Shown piece by piece: positions 31,424-42,983 of a stretch of DNA of 64,000 bases. The position numbers were made by a program, and so were the translations under genes. The number at the start of each line of letters is the position of its first letter. Within the stretch, counting starts at the first letter, position 1. Below the pieces are notes generated by a model. It searched no databases. It saw only the letters and a program-made list of their open reading frames with translations, and was not told the origin of the DNA. Origin of the DNA: Candidatus Stammera capleta (GTDB taxonomy: Bacteria > Pseudomonadota > Gammaproteobacteria > Enterobacterales > Enterobacteriaceae); contig CP144787.1 in the NCBI GenBank assembly GCA_036689305.1, positions 7,667 through 71,666 of the forward strand. Reading direction: 5' to 3'.

Positions 31424-32707
31424 ATGTCTTTAATTAAAAAAACTTTAGTAATTTTTATTAATTATAAAATTAGCAAAGATGATGTTTTATTCGAAATAGA
31501 AGAATTTAAAAAATTAATTTTTTCTTTTAATTTTTGTATTGATAATTTTATAAAAATTAATATTAAAAAACCTAATAGAAAATATTTTATTAATTCAGGT
31601 AAATTATTAGAATTAAAAATTATTATTGATAAAAATAATTATTTTTTTTTATTAATAAATCTTTCTTTAAAAAGTTCTCAAGAAAATAATTTAAAAAATT
31701 TCTTAAATTGTAATATTTTAAATAAAACTAATTTATTACTTTATTTATTTAAAAAGAGAGCAAATACAATTTTCGGTAAATTACAGGTTAAATTAGCTAC
31801 ATTATTATATTTAAGTACTAGATTAGTTAAACAATGGAGTCATTTAGAAAGACAAAGAGGGGGCGTGAAATATATTTCCGGTCCAGGGGAAAAACAAATT
31901 GAAATAGACCGTAGATTAATAAAAAAAGAAATAAGAAATTTAAAAATTAAATTATTCAAATTAACTCAACAAAGAATGAAGAGTAATAAATTAAGAATTA
32001 AGAATAATTTACCATTAATATCTTTAATAGGTTATACTAATTCAGGTAAATCTACTTTATTTAATTTATTTACTAAATCTGATTTTTTAGTTAAAAATGT
32101 TTTTTTTTCTACTTTAGATACTTATATTAAAAAAGTAAAAATTTTTAATTTGAAGAATAAAATTTTAATTTCTGATACTATAGGTTTTATAAAAAATTTA
32201 CCGAATAATATAATGGAAGCTTTTAAAGCTACGTTAGATGAAATACGTAATTCAAAATTAATTTTACATATCATAGATATTTCTGATATATATTTTCAAG
32301 AGCATATAAATTCTGTAAATTTAATATTAAGTAATATGAATATTAGTAATATTCCTATTATTCAAATAATGAATAAAATTGATTGTATAAGAGATGGTTC
32401 TAGTAGAGTAGAATTTGATAATAATAATTTTCCATATAGAATATGGATTTCCGCTAAATACCATAATGGTATATATAATTTATGTAAAATAATAGATAGA
32501 ATTGTATTTCTTAAGAAAAAGAAATATAAATTATTAATTCCTTTTAAGGAATATATGTTAGTATGTAATTTTTTTTATAGATTTAATTATATTTTAAGTG
32601 AATTTAGTAATGATGGTTTATTTTATTCTTTATTAATTTGTGTTAATAATACAGAATTGTTAAATATAATTAAAAAATTTTCTTTTCTAAAAAAATATAT
32701 TAAATAA
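31424..32707 (+). CDS. hflX: GTPase HflX
   Basis: The HflX N-domain and linker are present (LERQRGGVKYISGPGEKQIEIDRR). G motifs are GYTNSGKSTLFN, DTIGF and NKID. It follows miaA, in the position hfq-hflX occupies in E. coli. Confidence 0.9.
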   Translation: MSLIKKTLVIFINYKISKDDVLFEIEEFKKLIFSFNFCIDNFIKINIKKPNRKYFINSGKLLELKIIIDKNNYFFLLINLSLKSSQENNLKNFLNCNILNKTNLLLYLFKKRANTIFGKLQVKLATLLYLSTRLVKQWSHLERQRGGVKYISGPGEKQIEIDRRLIKKEIRNLKIKLFKLTQQRMKSNKLRIKNNLPLISLIGYTNSGKSTLFNLFTKSDFLVKNVFFSTLDTYIKKVKIFNLKNKILISDTIGFIKNLPNNIMEAFKATLDEIRNSKLILHIIDISDIYFQEHINSVNLILSNMNISNIPIIQIMNKIDCIRDGSSRVEFDNNNFPYRIWISAKYHNGIYNLCKIIDRIVFLKKKKYKLLIPFKEYMLVCNFFYRFNYILSEFSNDGLFYSLLICVNNTELLNIIKKFSFLKKYIK

Positions 32708-32726
32708 TTTAAATTTTTTGTATTTT

Positions 32727-33479
32727 ATGAGTAATATAATATTTTATGGATTGCATGTAGTAAAAAATTTATTGAAATATAAAAATTCTTTTATTAAAGA
32801 AATATTTATATTAAAAAGCAAAAGAGTTCTTTTTTATAAAAAATTTAATTTTCTTTTATTTAAAAAAATTAAAATTACTCTTGTTAATAAAGGATATTTA
32901 AATTCTTTAACTAAAAATAGAAATCATCAAGATATATGTGTTTTAATAAAAAAAAATTTTTTTTTATTTTATAAAAAAAAAATATTAAATATAATTAATA
33001 AAATTAAGTATCCTATATTTTTAATTTTAGATAGGATTAATGATGTTTATAATTTAGGTTCTTGTATTAGAACTGCAGTAGCTTCAGGTATTATTAATGT
33101 TATTTTAGTTACAAAACATAATTCGGTTTCAATATTAAATAGTGTAGTACATAAAATTACAAGTGGTGCTTTATATAAAATAAATATTTTTGAGATTAAT
33201 AATATTAATAATTTAATAATTTTTTTAAAAAAATATAATTTTTTTATTATAGGTACTTGTTTAAAATCTAAAAATTCTATTTTTTCATTTAATTTTAAAG
33301 ATTTTAAAAAGCCTATAGGTCTTATATTAGGTTCTGAAAAAAATGGCATTAAGGAAAGTATAAAGAAAAAATGTGATTTTTTATTTAGAATACCTATCAA
33401 AAATATTAATTCTTTAAATATATCAATAGCTAACAGTATTTTAATTTTTGAGATATTACGTCAATTTTTAAATAAATAG
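32727..33479 (+). CDS. rlmB: 23S rRNA (guanosine-2'-O)-methyltransferase RlmB (SpoU family)
   Basis: IIFYGLHVVKNLL...EIFILKSKR...NHQDI parallels E. coli RlmB (MIYGIHAVQALL...EVFILKGR...HQGI). The SpoU C-terminal motifs are present (LILGSEKNGI, IPIKNINSLNISIANSILIFE). The track start at 32718 is a TTG, and I prefer the ATG at 32727. Confidence 0.82.
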   Translation: MSNIIFYGLHVVKNLLKYKNSFIKEIFILKSKRVLFYKKFNFLLFKKIKITLVNKGYLNSLTKNRNHQDICVLIKKNFFLFYKKKILNIINKIKYPIFLILDRINDVYNLGSCIRTAVASGIINVILVTKHNSVSILNSVVHKITSGALYKINIFEINNINNLIIFLKKYNFFIIGTCLKSKNSIFSFNFKDFKKPIGLILGSEKNGIKESIKKKCDFLFRIPIKNINSLNISIANSILIFEILRQFLNK

Positions 33480-33481
33480 TT

Positions 33482-34435
33482 TTATTTCAGAAAATCATTT
33501 ATTTTGAATAAATTAGGTTTTGAATTTATAATTTCCGATATATACATTTTTTTTTTATTACTAAATTGTATTTTTTTTATTTTTAAGATTGCATCTTTAG
33601 TGGTAACTAACAATTCTTTTTTATTAAATTTAATAATTCTTCCAGGTTTATTGTTTTTTATTTTTTTTTTTATTTTAGCTTTCCATAAAATAATTCTATA
33701 ATTTTTATAAAAAAAAAATGTTTTTGGCCATACAATATATGCTTTTATTTTTCTTATTATATTTATAGCTTTATCTTTTTTCCAATTTATTTTTCCATCT
33801 ATTTTTTTTATTTTTTTAGCATAAGTAGTTTTTTTTTCATCTTGTTTGATATTTTTAATAAAAATATTATATTTAATTTTTTTAATTATTTTTAATAAAC
33901 CTTTAATTCCTATTTTTTGGAGTTTTTTTTTTAATTTAATATAATTATCTTTTTTTTTTATATTATAATGTTTTTGATATATTATATTTCCTTGATCTAA
34001 AAGTTTGTTAATTTTAATTAATGTAATTCCTGTTTTTTTATCTCCATTTAATATTGATTGTTGTATAGGAGAAGCACCTCGTAGTTTTGGTAATAGTGAG
34101 GCATGAATATTTATACAACCATATTTAGGAATATTAATAATATTTTCTGGAATGATAAATCCATATGATATTAGTATAATTAAATTAATATTTAATTTTT
34201 TTATATTTTTTTCTAAATTTTTTAATTCTTTTATATTTTGAGGTTGATATATATATTTTATTTTATTTTTAATAGCTGTATTTTTAATTATATTTTTGAT
34301 ATTTGATTTTTCTTTTTTAGTGATTATTCCAATAATATTATTTTTTTTTTTTATTAATTTTTCTAAAAAAAACGAAGAAAAATTACATGTTCCTATAAAT
34401 AAAATTTTAATTTTTTTTTTTATATTTAATATCAT
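33482..34435 (-). CDS. fmt: Methionyl-tRNA formyltransferase
   Basis: Motifs ILFIGT, YGFIIPENIINIPKYGCINIHASLLPKLRGASPIQQSILNGDKKTGIT (formyltransferase core with HxSLLPxxRG). It lies downstream of def. Confidence 0.93.
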   Translation of the reverse strand: MILNIKKKIKILFIGTCNFSSFFLEKLIKKKNNIIGIITKKEKSNIKNIIKNTAIKNKIKYIYQPQNIKELKNLEKNIKKLNINLIILISYGFIIPENIINIPKYGCINIHASLLPKLRGASPIQQSILNGDKKTGITLIKINKLLDQGNIIYQKHYNIKKKDNYIKLKKKLQKIGIKGLLKIIKKIKYNIFIKNIKQDEKKTTYAKKIKKIDGKINWKKDKAINIIRKIKAYIVWPKTFFFYKNYRIILWKAKIKKKIKNNKPGRIIKFNKKELLVTTKDAILKIKKIQFSNKKKMYISEIINSKPNLFKINDFLK

Positions 34436-34859
34436 AATCTATTAATAATTTACCTTTTAAGTGATCAATTTCATGTTGAATACATATAGATAATATACCT
34501 TTAGTGTAAATAAAATATTTTTCCCCTTTTATATTAAAATTACTTATTTTTAAGATATTTGATCTTTTAATTTTTAATTTATAATTAGGTATAGAAAGAC
34601 ATTTTTCTTCAATTCTAATAGATCCTTTTCTGTTTATTATTTTAGGATTAATTAAAATTATTTTTTTTGTTATATTTATAACTATGATAGATTTTTTAAT
34701 ATTTACTTGTATAGCTGCTAACCCAATACCATTATTATAATACATGGTTTCAAACATATTTGAAATTTGGTTTTTTAGTTTTTGATTAAAAATTTTTATT
34801 GGTTTAGTTTTTATTCTAAGTTTTTTATCTGGATATTGTAATATTTTAAGTATTGACAT
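34407..34859 (-). CDS. def: Peptide deformylase
   Basis: The three PDF motifs are present: GIGLAAIQV, EKCLSIP and HEIDHLKG. It overlaps the fmt start by 29 nt. Confidence 0.94.
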   Translation of the reverse strand: MSILKILQYPDKKLRIKTKPIKIFNQKLKNQISNMFETMYYNNGIGLAAIQVNIKKSIIVINITKKIILINPKIINRKGSIRIEEKCLSIPNYKLKIKRSNILKISNFNIKGEKYFIYTKGILSICIQHEIDHLKGKLLIDYDIKYKKKN

Positions 34860-34879
34860 ATATTTTGAGATATTTATAT

Positions 34880-34964
34880 TACCCAGAGCGGGATTCGAAC
34901 CCGCATGATTTTTTAATATCGAGGGATTTTAAGTCCCTTGTGTCTACCATTTCACCATCTGGGT
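34880..34964 (-). tRNA. leuZ: tRNA-Leu (anticodon UAA)
   Basis: The reverse complement ACCCAGATGGTGAAATGGTAGACACAAGGGACTTAAAATCCCTCGATATTAAAAAATCATGCGGGTTCGAATCCCGCTCTGGGTA is colinear with E. coli leuZ. It has an A1-U72 pair and no CCA. It lies downstream of tRNA-Cys, as in the E. coli cysT-leuZ operon. Confidence 0.92.
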
Positions 34965-34972
34965 AAATTTTA

Positions 34973-35043
34973 AGACGTGTCTCGGAATTGAACCGAGTTA
35001 TATGGATTTGCAATCCACTGCATAACCGTTCTGCCAACACGTC
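34973..35043 (-). tRNA. cysT: tRNA-Cys (anticodon GCA)
   Basis: The reverse complement GACGTGTTGGCAGAACGGTTATGCAGTGGATTGCAAATCCATATAACTCGGTTCAATTCCGAGACACGTCT is colinear with E. coli cysT. The U73 discriminator is retained. No CCA is encoded. Confidence 0.92.
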
Positions 35044-35185
35044 TTTTAAAAATATTTTATAAATTTTGTAAAGTATAAATATATTTAAAAATTAATATTA
35101 ACTTATATATATCATATATTATACAATATAGTAATATTATTATATAATTATAAATTTATTTGTAAATAATAAATTGGTAAATAAA

Positions 35186-35557
35186 ATGTCTACTATAAAT
35201 CAATTAGTACGTAAACCTAGAATTAAAAAAAGTTTTAAAAATAGTGTACCAGCTTTATGTGGTAGTCCTCAAAAAAGAGGTGTATGTATAAAAGTTTATA
35301 CAACTACACCTAAAAAACCTAATTCTGCTTTACGTAAAGTATGTAGAGTTAAATTAACTAATGGTTTAGAAGTTACAGCATATATTCCAGGTGAAGGGCA
35401 TAATTTACAAGAACATTCTGTAGTATTAATTAGAGGTGGCAGGGTTAAAGATTTACCTGGTGTTCGATATCATGTTATTAGAGGGACATTAGATTGCGTC
35501 GGTGTAAAGAATAGAAAAAAATCTCGTTCTAAATATGGTGTAAAGAAAAATATTTAA
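35186..35557 (+). CDS. rpsL: 30S ribosomal protein S12
   Basis: [12 protein letters not shown]..., [24 protein letters not shown] and the rest are canonical S12. The track start at 35174 is an upstream TTG, and the ATG at 35186 gives the expected 123 aa. Confidence 0.98.
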   Translation: MSTINQLVRKPRIKKSFKNSVPALCGSPQKRGVCIKVYTTTPKKPNSALRKVCRVKLTNGLEVTAYIPGEGHNLQEHSVVLIRGGRVKDLPGVRYHVIRGTLDCVGVKNRKKSRSKYGVKKNI

Positions 35558-35598
35558 TTAGTTTTTGTAATTTTTTTTAAAGAGGATAATATATATAT

Positions 35599-36069
35599 AT
35601 GTCACGTCGTCATACATCGAGTATTCGCGATATTATACCTGATTTACTTTTAGGCTCTCAACTTGTTGCTAAATTTATTAATTTATTGATGATTGATGGT
35701 AAAAAAACTGTAGCTGAAAATATTTTATATTCTGCCTTACGTTTTTTAGAAAAAAAAATTAAAAAAGATAAATTATTTATTTTAGAAATGGTAATTAATC
35801 AAGTTAAACCTATTGTTGAAGTTAAATCAAGAAGAGTTGGTGGTACAACTTATCAAATTCCTGTAGAAGTTAAACCTACTAGAAGTAATACTTTAGCGAT
35901 ACGTTGGATTATTTTAGCTGCTAGAAAAAGAAAGGACAAAACTATGTTTTTACGTTTAGTAAATGAATTTTCGGATGTTTTAAATAATAAAGGATTAGCT
36001 ATAAAGATGAAAGATGATGTTCATCGTATGGCTGAATCTAATAAAGCATTTGCACATTATAGATGGTAA
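35599..36069 (+). CDS. rpsG: 30S ribosomal protein S7
   Basis: [23 protein letters not shown] and [19 protein letters not shown] are canonical S7. It is in the str operon position. Confidence 0.97.
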   Translation: MSRRHTSSIRDIIPDLLLGSQLVAKFINLLMIDGKKTVAENILYSALRFLEKKIKKDKLFILEMVINQVKPIVEVKSRRVGGTTYQIPVEVKPTRSNTLAIRWIILAARKRKDKTMFLRLVNEFSDVLNNKGLAIKMKDDVHRMAESNKAFAHYRW

Positions 36070-36127
36070 TTTATTTAATTTTTATTTAAATATTTATTTT
36101 ATATGAGTATATATATTAGAGGTTTAA

Positions 36128-38251
36128 ATGTCTCGTATAACGTCAATTTTAAATTATAGAAATATTGGTATTAGCGCTCATATAGATGCTGGTAAAACTA
36201 CAACTACTGAGCGTATTTTATTTTATACTGGAGTTAATTATAAACTTGGTGAAGTACATGAAGGTACAGCTACCATGGATTGGATGGAGCAAGAGCAAGA
36301 GAGAGGTATTACAATTACTTCAGCAGCTACTACAACCTTTTGGTCTGGTATGTATAATCAATTTAAAAATTCTTATCGTATTAATATTATTGATACTCCT
36401 GGTCATGTGGATTTTACAGTTGAGGTAGAGAGATCAATGAGGGTTTTAGATGGAGCTGTTATGGTATATTGTGCCGTTGGCGGTGTACAACCTCAATCAG
36501 AAACTGTATGGAGACAAGTAAATAAATATAATGTTCCTAGAATTGCTTTTGTTAACAAAATGGATCGTGTGGGAGCTGATTTCTTAAAGGTAGTAAATCA
36601 AATAGAGGATCGTCTTAAAATTAAGACTATATTACTACAATTACCTATTGAATCAGAAAGGGGTTTTTTGGGAGTTGTAGATTTAATAAAGATGAAATCA
36701 ATATATTGGAATGATGATGATAATGGAATAACTTTTAAGGTTAAAGATATTCCTAGAAATATGAAAAAATCATCTTTATATTGGAGACATAAGATAATTG
36801 AATTGGTAGCTGATTATTCAGATGATTTAATGTTAGATTATATAAATAGTATAGATTTTACTGAAGACACTATTAAATCAATTTTAAGAAATAATGTATT
36901 AAAAAATAAGGTATTATTGGTATTATGTGGTTCTGCTTTTAAAAATAAAGGAATTCAACCTTTATTAGATGCTATAATAGATTATTTACCTTCCCCTAAG
37001 GATTTACATTCTATTCGAGGTTTAGCAGTATGTAATGAATATAAAATATTTCGTTTAATGAATGATGATGAACCTTTTTCAGCATTAGCTTTTAAGGTGT
37101 TAAATGATCCTTTTGTGGGTAATTTAACCTTTTTACGTATTTATTCTGGATTTATGAAGTGTGGTAATTTAGTTTTAAATAGTACTAGAAATAAACAAGA
37201 ACGAATAGGTCGTATAGTTCAGATGCATGCTAATAAAAGAGTAGAAGTTAAAGAAGTTTATGCTGGCGACATAGTAGCTGCTATAGGTTTAAAAGATGTT
37301 TTTACTGGAGATACTTTATGTGATGTAGATAAACCTATTATTTTGGAAAAAATATTTTTTCCTAATCCAGTTATTTCTGTTGCTTTAGAGCCTAAATCTA
37401 AGTTAGATCAGGAAAGAATGGGTATTGCTCTATCTCGTTTATTAAAAGAAGATCCTTCATTTAAAAGTCATTTTGATATTGAATCAAATCAAACTATTTT
37501 ATCTGGAATGGGGGAGTTGCATTTAGAAATTATTGTAGATAGAATGAAAAGGGAGTTTAATGTTAATTCTAATATTGGTAAACCAGAAGTAGCTTATAGA
37601 GAGACTATTAGAAAATCCGCGAATAATATTGAAGGTAAATATATCAAACAAACTGGGGGGAGAGGTCAATATGGACATGTTGTAATAGATATATCCCCTT
37701 TGTCTTTAAATGAATATGTTTTATCAAATGATGGTTATTTATTTATTAATGATATTAAAGGTGGTGTAATCCCTAATGAATATATTTCTGCCATAGATAA
37801 AGGTATTAAGGAACAATTAAAATCTGGACCTTTAGTTGGTTATCCAGTGGTAAATGTGAAAGTAAGATTATTTGATGGTTCTTACCATGATGTAGATTCT
37901 TCAGAAATAGCATTTAAAATGGCAGCTTCTATAGCTTTTAAAAAAGCATTTAGAAAAGCAAATCCAATTTTATTAGAACCAGTTATGAATGTAGAAGTAG
38001 AAACTCCAGAATTATATATGGGTGATGTTATAGGTGATTTAAATCGTCGTCGAGGTATAATAAGGAAGATATGTGATATTAATTTAGGTAAAATAATTAA
38101 ATCTCGCGTTCCTTTATCTGAGATGTTTGGTTATGCTACAGATTTGAGATCGCAAACTCAAGGTAGAGCTTTATATTCTATGGAGTTTTATAAATATATA
38201 GAAGCTCCTAGTGGTATTTGTGAAGATATAATTAGTATTTTAAAGAAATAA
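36128..38251 (+). CDS. fusA: Elongation factor G
   Basis: [49 protein letters not shown] and NKMDR, with full-length colinearity to EF-G. Confidence 0.98.
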   Translation: MSRITSILNYRNIGISAHIDAGKTTTTERILFYTGVNYKLGEVHEGTATMDWMEQEQERGITITSAATTTFWSGMYNQFKNSYRINIIDTPGHVDFTVEVERSMRVLDGAVMVYCAVGGVQPQSETVWRQVNKYNVPRIAFVNKMDRVGADFLKVVNQIEDRLKIKTILLQLPIESERGFLGVVDLIKMKSIYWNDDDNGITFKVKDIPRNMKKSSLYWRHKIIELVADYSDDLMLDYINSIDFTEDTIKSILRNNVLKNKVLLVLCGSAFKNKGIQPLLDAIIDYLPSPKDLHSIRGLAVCNEYKIFRLMNDDEPFSALAFKVLNDPFVGNLTFLRIYSGFMKCGNLVLNSTRNKQERIGRIVQMHANKRVEVKEVYAGDIVAAIGLKDVFTGDTLCDVDKPIILEKIFFPNPVISVALEPKSKLDQERMGIALSRLLKEDPSFKSHFDIESNQTILSGMGELHLEIIVDRMKREFNVNSNIGKPEVAYRETIRKSANNIEGKYIKQTGGRGQYGHVVIDISPLSLNEYVLSNDGYLFINDIKGGVIPNEYISAIDKGIKEQLKSGPLVGYPVVNVKVRLFDGSYHDVDSSEIAFKMAASIAFKKAFRKANPILLEPVMNVEVETPELYMGDVIGDLNRRRGIIRKICDINLGKIIKSRVPLSEMFGYATDLRSQTQGRALYSMEFYKYIEAPSGICEDIISILKK

Positions 38252-38276
38252 TTTTTATTAATTTATAAGGTTTGTT

Positions 38277-39461
38277 ATGTCAAAAGAGAAATTTGAACGT
38301 TCTAAAGTTCATATAAATGTAGGTACTATAGGTCATGTAGATCATGGTAAAACTACTTTAACTGCAGCTATCACTACTGTATTATCTAAAAAATTTGGTG
38401 GACAGGCTAAATCATTTGATCAAATAGATAATGCTCCTGAAGAAAAAGAAAGGGGTATTACTATTAATACATCACATGTTGAGTATGATACTAAATTAAG
38501 GCATTACGCTCATGTAGATTGTCCTGGTCATGCTGATTATATTAAAAATATGATTACTGGTGCAGCACAAATGGATGGTGCTATTTTAGTGGTATCAGCT
38601 ACTGATGGTCCTATGCCTCAAACTAGGGAGCATATTTTATTGGCTCGTCAAGTAGGAGTTCCGTATATATTGGTTTTTTTAAATAAATGTGACATGGTAG
38701 ATGATGATGAATTATTGGAGTTAGTAGAAATGGAGATTAGGGATATTTTAATTCAATATAATTTTCCAGGAAAAGAAACACCAATAATTAGAGGTTCAGC
38801 ATTGAAAGCGTTAGATGGAGTTGATATTTGGGAAAATAAAATTATTGAATTATCAGATATTTTGGATAGTTATATACCCAACCCTAAAAGATCTATAGAT
38901 AAATCTTTTCTTTTACCTATAGAAGATGTTTTTTCAATTTCTGGTAGAGGTACTGTAGTTACAGGTAGAATAGAAAGAGGGATAATTAAGATAGGTGAGG
39001 AAGTAGAAATAGTAGGTATAAAGGAAACTAAAAGATCTATTTGCACAGGAGTGGAGATGTTTCGCAAACTATTAGATGAAGGTAGGGCGGGAGAAAATGT
39101 TGGTATTTTGTTAAGAGGGATCAAAAGAGAAGATATAGAGAGAGGTCAAGTATTAGCTAAACCAGGATCTATTAATCCACATAAACTTTTTAATGCTGAA
39201 GTATATATTTTATCTAAAGAGGAGGGTGGTAGACATACTCCGTTTTTTAATGGTTATAAACCGCAGTTTTATTTTAGAACTACAGATGTTACAGGAACTA
39301 TAAAATTAAAAGAAGGTATAGAAATGGTTATGCCGGGCGATAATGTAGAATTAGTGATAAATTTATTTTATCCTATTGCTATGGATGAAGGTTCTAGATT
39401 TGCTATTAGAGAGGGTGGACGTACTGTAGGTGCTGGTATAGTAAGTTCTATAATTAAATAG
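38277..39461 (+). CDS. tuf: Elongation factor Tu
   Basis: [33 protein letters not shown]..., [25 protein letters not shown] and NKCD. Length is 394 aa, as in E. coli. Confidence 0.99.
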   Translation: MSKEKFERSKVHINVGTIGHVDHGKTTLTAAITTVLSKKFGGQAKSFDQIDNAPEEKERGITINTSHVEYDTKLRHYAHVDCPGHADYIKNMITGAAQMDGAILVVSATDGPMPQTREHILLARQVGVPYILVFLNKCDMVDDDELLELVEMEIRDILIQYNFPGKETPIIRGSALKALDGVDIWENKIIELSDILDSYIPNPKRSIDKSFLLPIEDVFSISGRGTVVTGRIERGIIKIGEEVEIVGIKETKRSICTGVEMFRKLLDEGRAGENVGILLRGIKREDIERGQVLAKPGSINPHKLFNAEVYILSKEEGGRHTPFFNGYKPQFYFRTTDVTGTIKLKEGIEMVMPGDNVELVINLFYPIAMDEGSRFAIREGGRTVGAGIVSSIIK

Positions 39462-39535
39462 CATGAAATTAATTTTTAATAGAAAATATAAATAAAATTA
39501 TTTAATTTTTATTTTAAACATATTTATTATATAAA

Positions 39536-39847
39536 ATGGAAAATCAAAGAATTCGTATTAGATTAAAATCATTTGATTATCGTTTAATTGATAAATCTAC
39601 AATTGATATTGTAAATACAGCTAAGAAGACTGGAGCACAAGTATATGGGCCTATACCTTTACCAACTTCTGTAGAGCGTTATACTGTTTTAATATCCCCA
39701 CATGTAGATAAAGATGCAAGAGATCAATATGAAATTAGAACTCATAAGCGTTTAATTGATATTATTGAACCTACAGATAAAACAGTAGATGCTTTAATGA
39801 GGTTAGATTTGGCAGCTGGAGTAGATGTGCAGATTAGTTTAGGTTAA
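39536..39847 (+). CDS. rpsJ: 30S ribosomal protein S10
   Basis: [39 protein letters not shown] is canonical S10. It is the first gene of the S10 operon. Confidence 0.98.
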   Translation: MENQRIRIRLKSFDYRLIDKSTIDIVNTAKKTGAQVYGPIPLPTSVERYTVLISPHVDKDARDQYEIRTHKRLIDIIEPTDKTVDALMRLDLAAGVDVQISLG

Positions 39848-39892
39848 TATATTTAATTTTTTTCAATAAGATATTAAATTTTATATTATAGA

Positions 39893-40513
39893 ATGGTTAC
39901 TTTAATTGGTAAAAAAATAGGTATGACCAGGATTTTTGATGTTAATGGATTAGTTATGCCTGTTACAGTTATTAAAATAGAAGATAATATAATTACATGT
40001 ATAAAAAAAAAAGATATACATGGATATAATGCGGTACAAATAACTACTGGAGTTAAAAAAAAAAATATTAATAAGGCAGAATTTGGTTTTTTTAATAAAT
40101 TAAATTTTAATGTAGGTTTAGGATTATGGGAAATTCCTTATATAAAAAATATACATTTTAAGATATTACAGTGTTTAAATATTGATTTATTAAAAAATTG
40201 TAATAAAGTAAATATAACTTCTTTTACTAAAGGTAAAGGTTTTTCTGGAACTATTAAAAGATGGAATTTTAAATCACAGGATAAAAGTCATGGAAATTCT
40301 TTATCTCATAGAGTACCTGGTTCTATAGGGCAAAATCAAACTCCAGGTAAAGTTTTTAAAGGTAAAAAAATGCCAGGTAGAATGGGTGGTGTGAGGGTAA
40401 CAATGAAAAATCTTAGTGTAGTTGAAATTAATAATAAAGATAATTTTATCTTAATTAAGGGTTGTATAGCTGGTCCTAATAATAACTTTGTTAAAATTAG
40501 TTCTTTTAATTAG
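39893..40513 (+). CDS. rplC: 50S ribosomal protein L3
   Basis: LIGKKIGMTRIFDVNGLVMPVTVIKIE parallels E. coli [27 protein letters not shown]. Confidence 0.97.
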   Translation: MVTLIGKKIGMTRIFDVNGLVMPVTVIKIEDNIITCIKKKDIHGYNAVQITTGVKKKNINKAEFGFFNKLNFNVGLGLWEIPYIKNIHFKILQCLNIDLLKNCNKVNITSFTKGKGFSGTIKRWNFKSQDKSHGNSLSHRVPGSIGQNQTPGKVFKGKKMPGRMGGVRVTMKNLSVVEINNKDNFILIKGCIAGPNNNFVKISSFN

Positions 40514-40542
40514 TAAAGTATTTTTTTAATAGAGAGGAATAT

Positions 40543-41151
40543 ATGGATTTTTTTTTAATGGATAGTAATGAAAAGATTATTTTATCAGATAAAGTTTTTA
40601 ATGAAAAATTAAATATACCTTTAATACACCAAGTTATTACTTCTTATATGAATAATAAGCGTAAAGGTAATTCTACGCAGAAATCTAGATCTGATGTTTC
40701 TGGTTCTAATAGAAAACCATGGAGTCAAAAAGGCATTGGTAAGGCTAGAGCTGGATCAACGAAGAGTCCTATTTGGCGTAAAGGAGGCGTTACTTTTGCT
40801 TCTAAACCAATAAAATATTATTTTAAAGTTAATAGAAAAATGTATTTATTTGCTTATAGAAGTATATTATCTGATATAGTTAGAAAGTCAAAATTATATA
40901 TTTTTAATAATTTTGATATTAAGTATCCCAAAACTAAGAGTTTTTTAAAAAAGATATTTTTTTTAGATAGTGTAAATGTTTTGATTATTACTTTAAATAT
41001 AAGTAATAATTTGTATTTATCTTCTCGTAATTTACATAATGTATTTGTATGTAATGTTAAAAATATTAGTTTATTAAATTTAATTTCTTTTAAAAATATT
41101 ATATCTACTTTTGAGGCTATAAAATATTTAGAGGATAAATTATATGATTGA
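40543..41151 (+). CDS. rplD: 50S ribosomal protein L4
   Basis: SGSNRKPWSQKGIGKARAGSTKSPIWRKGGVTFA matches the L4 loop region. The operon order is conserved. Confidence 0.96.
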   Translation: MDFFLMDSNEKIILSDKVFNEKLNIPLIHQVITSYMNNKRKGNSTQKSRSDVSGSNRKPWSQKGIGKARAGSTKSPIWRKGGVTFASKPIKYYFKVNRKMYLFAYRSILSDIVRKSKLYIFNNFDIKYPKTKSFLKKIFFLDSVNVLIITLNISNNLYLSSRNLHNVFVCNVKNISLLNLISFKNIISTFEAIKYLEDKLYD

Positions 41152-41437
41152 TAATTCTAGTTATTTTGATATTTTGGATAAACCACGTATAACAAAAAAA
41201 ATGTCTTATCTTTTTAAAAAAAATAATGTTTTAGTATTTCAGACTAAAATTAAATACAATAAGTTTCAATTATTAAGAGCTATTAAGGAAATATTGAATG
41301 TTGATGTAAAAAAAATTAGAGTTTTATTAGTTAAAAGGAAACGTAAAAAAATAAAGAATAAATTTTATTTTACCAAAGCATGGAAAAAAGTATATGTCTT
41401 TTTAGAGAAAAAAGTAGATTTAAGTAATTTAATTTAA
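41144..41437 (+). CDS. rplW: 50S ribosomal protein L23
   Basis: Size (97 aa) and position between rplD and rplB support the call, and WKKVYVFL parallels E. coli WKKAYVTL. It overlaps rplD by 8 nt. Confidence 0.9.
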   Translation: MIDNSSYFDILDKPRITKKMSYLFKKNNVLVFQTKIKYNKFQLLRAIKEILNVDVKKIRVLLVKRKRKKIKNKFYFTKAWKKVYVFLEKKVDLSNLI

Positions 41438-41451
41438 ATTTAGAGTTATTT

Positions 41452-42270
41452 ATGGTTATTATAAAATATAAACCAATTACTCCTGGTAGAAGACATAAGG
41501 TAAGAGTAATTAATAATGTATTGTATAAAGGTAAAGTTTATAAAAAGTTGGTTTCTAAAAAAAAAAAAACAGGCGGTCGCAATAATTTTGGTCGTATTAC
41601 TGTTAGACATATTGGGGGTGGACATAAACAAAAATATCGTTTAATTGATTTTAAAAGAAATAAACATAATATCTATGGTTTGGTAAAAAGAATAGAATAT
41701 GATCCTAATAGAAATGCATATATAGCTTTAATATTATATAGAGATGGGGAGAGAAGATATATTTTGTATCCTAATGGAATGAAGATTGGTGATGTTATAA
41801 TTTCTGGTATAAAAAATATTCCTATAAAGTGTGGAAATTGTTTATTAATAAAAGATATTCCTATTGGGAGTATTGTTCACAATGTTGAATTAACGCCAGG
41901 TAAAGGTGGGCAAATAGCTAGATCTGCGGGGTCTTTTGCTCAAATTACAGCTAGAGATATAAATTATGTTACAATAAAATTACGTTCCGGGGAAATACGT
42001 AAAATTAGATCTATGTGTAAAGCAACATTAGGGGAAATAGGAAATTCAGAATATATGTTACGTGTTTTAGGTAAAGCTGGATGTAAAAGATGGTTAGGTA
42101 TTAGGCCAACTGTAAGAGGTACAGCTATGAATCCAGTTGATCATCCACATGGGGGTGGTGAAGGGAGAAATTTTGGTAAACACCCAGTTAGTCCTTATGG
42201 TTTACAAACTAAAGGTAAAAAAACTCGTAAAAATAAACGTACAAATAAATTTATTATTAAGAGAAGGTAA
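41452..42270 (+). CDS. rplB: 50S ribosomal protein L2
   Basis: [35 protein letters not shown] and [14 protein letters not shown] are canonical L2. Confidence 0.98.
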   Translation: MVIIKYKPITPGRRHKVRVINNVLYKGKVYKKLVSKKKKTGGRNNFGRITVRHIGGGHKQKYRLIDFKRNKHNIYGLVKRIEYDPNRNAYIALILYRDGERRYILYPNGMKIGDVIISGIKNIPIKCGNCLLIKDIPIGSIVHNVELTPGKGGQIARSAGSFAQITARDINYVTIKLRSGEIRKIRSMCKATLGEIGNSEYMLRVLGKAGCKRWLGIRPTVRGTAMNPVDHPHGGGEGRNFGKHPVSPYGLQTKGKKTRKNKRTNKFIIKRR

Positions 42271-42297
42271 AATATTATTAATGGAGGTGTATAAATA

Positions 42298-42594
42298 ATG
42301 CGTTCTTTGAAAAAAGGTCCTTACATTGATTATCATTTGTATAAAAAAATAGAGAAATCAATTAAAAATAAGGATAAGAAAATCATTAAAACTTGGTCAA
42401 GACGTTCTACTATATTACCTAATATGATAGGTTTGACTATAGGTGTACATAATGGTAGATATCATATACCTGTGTATATTACAGATGATATGGTGGGGCA
42501 TAAATTAGGTGAATTTTCTCCAACTCGTACTTATAAGGGGCATAATATTCCTAATAAAAAAGTTAAGAAAACAGATGTGGAACATTCTAAATAA
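42298..42594 (+). CDS. rpsS: 30S ribosomal protein S19
   Basis: [13 protein letters not shown]...[49 protein letters not shown] is canonical S19. Confidence 0.98.
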   Translation: MRSLKKGPYIDYHLYKKIEKSIKNKDKKIIKTWSRRSTILPNMIGLTIGVHNGRYHIPVYITDDMVGHKLGEFSPTRTYKGHNIPNKKVKKTDVEHSK

Positions 42595-42612
42595 AGGGGA
42601 TATGTAACATTC

Positions 42613-42951
42613 GTGGAAGTTATAGCTAAATATCGTTATGCTCGTTCTTCTGCTCAAAAATTAAGATTAGTAGCGAATTTAATTAGAGGTTTAAATGTTA
42701 ATAAAGCTTTAGAAATTTTAAAATTTACTAACAAAAAAGCATCTTTTATGATTATAAAAGTTTTAAATTCAGCAATTTCAAATGCTTATTCAAATTATGG
42801 ATTGAAAATTAAAACTTTAAGAGTTTCTAAAATTTATGTTGATAAGGCTTCTTCATTTAAACGTGTTTTTCCAAGAGCTAAAGGTAGAGTAAATTATATT
42901 ACAAAAAGAACCAGTCATATTACTATTTTTGTGTCTAATAGTGATAAGTAA
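42613..42951 (+). CDS. rplV: 50S ribosomal protein L22
   Basis: It has a GTG start. [24 protein letters not shown] parallels E. coli [26 protein letters not shown]. Confidence 0.96.
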   Translation: MEVIAKYRYARSSAQKLRLVANLIRGLNVNKALEILKFTNKKASFMIIKVLNSAISNAYSNYGLKIKTLRVSKIYVDKASSFKRVFPRAKGRVNYITKRTSHITIFVSNSDK

Positions 42952-42983
42952 TGAATATTAAATAAGCTAGAGGTTGATATTTA

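Noticed and set aside
33047-33701. ORF 33047-33400 (-) inside rlmB and ORF 33504-33701 (+) inside fmt.
   Set aside because: They are antisense artefacts of supported genes, and their composition mirrors the sense-strand codon bias.
34407-34435. The 29-nt def/fmt overlap, considered as a possible frameshift or mis-start.
   Set aside because: Both ORFs are full length with intact N- and C-terminal motifs, and fmt has no alternative downstream Met before its conserved ILFIGT block. Gene overlaps are common elsewhere in this window: rpmA/rplU, rplD/rplW, rplP/rpmC and lipB/dacA.
36186-39124. ORF 36186-36428 (+, alternative frame in fusA) and ORF 38870-39124 (-, antisense to tuf).
   Set aside because: They are embedded in two of the most conserved genes in the window, and there is no independent evidence for them.
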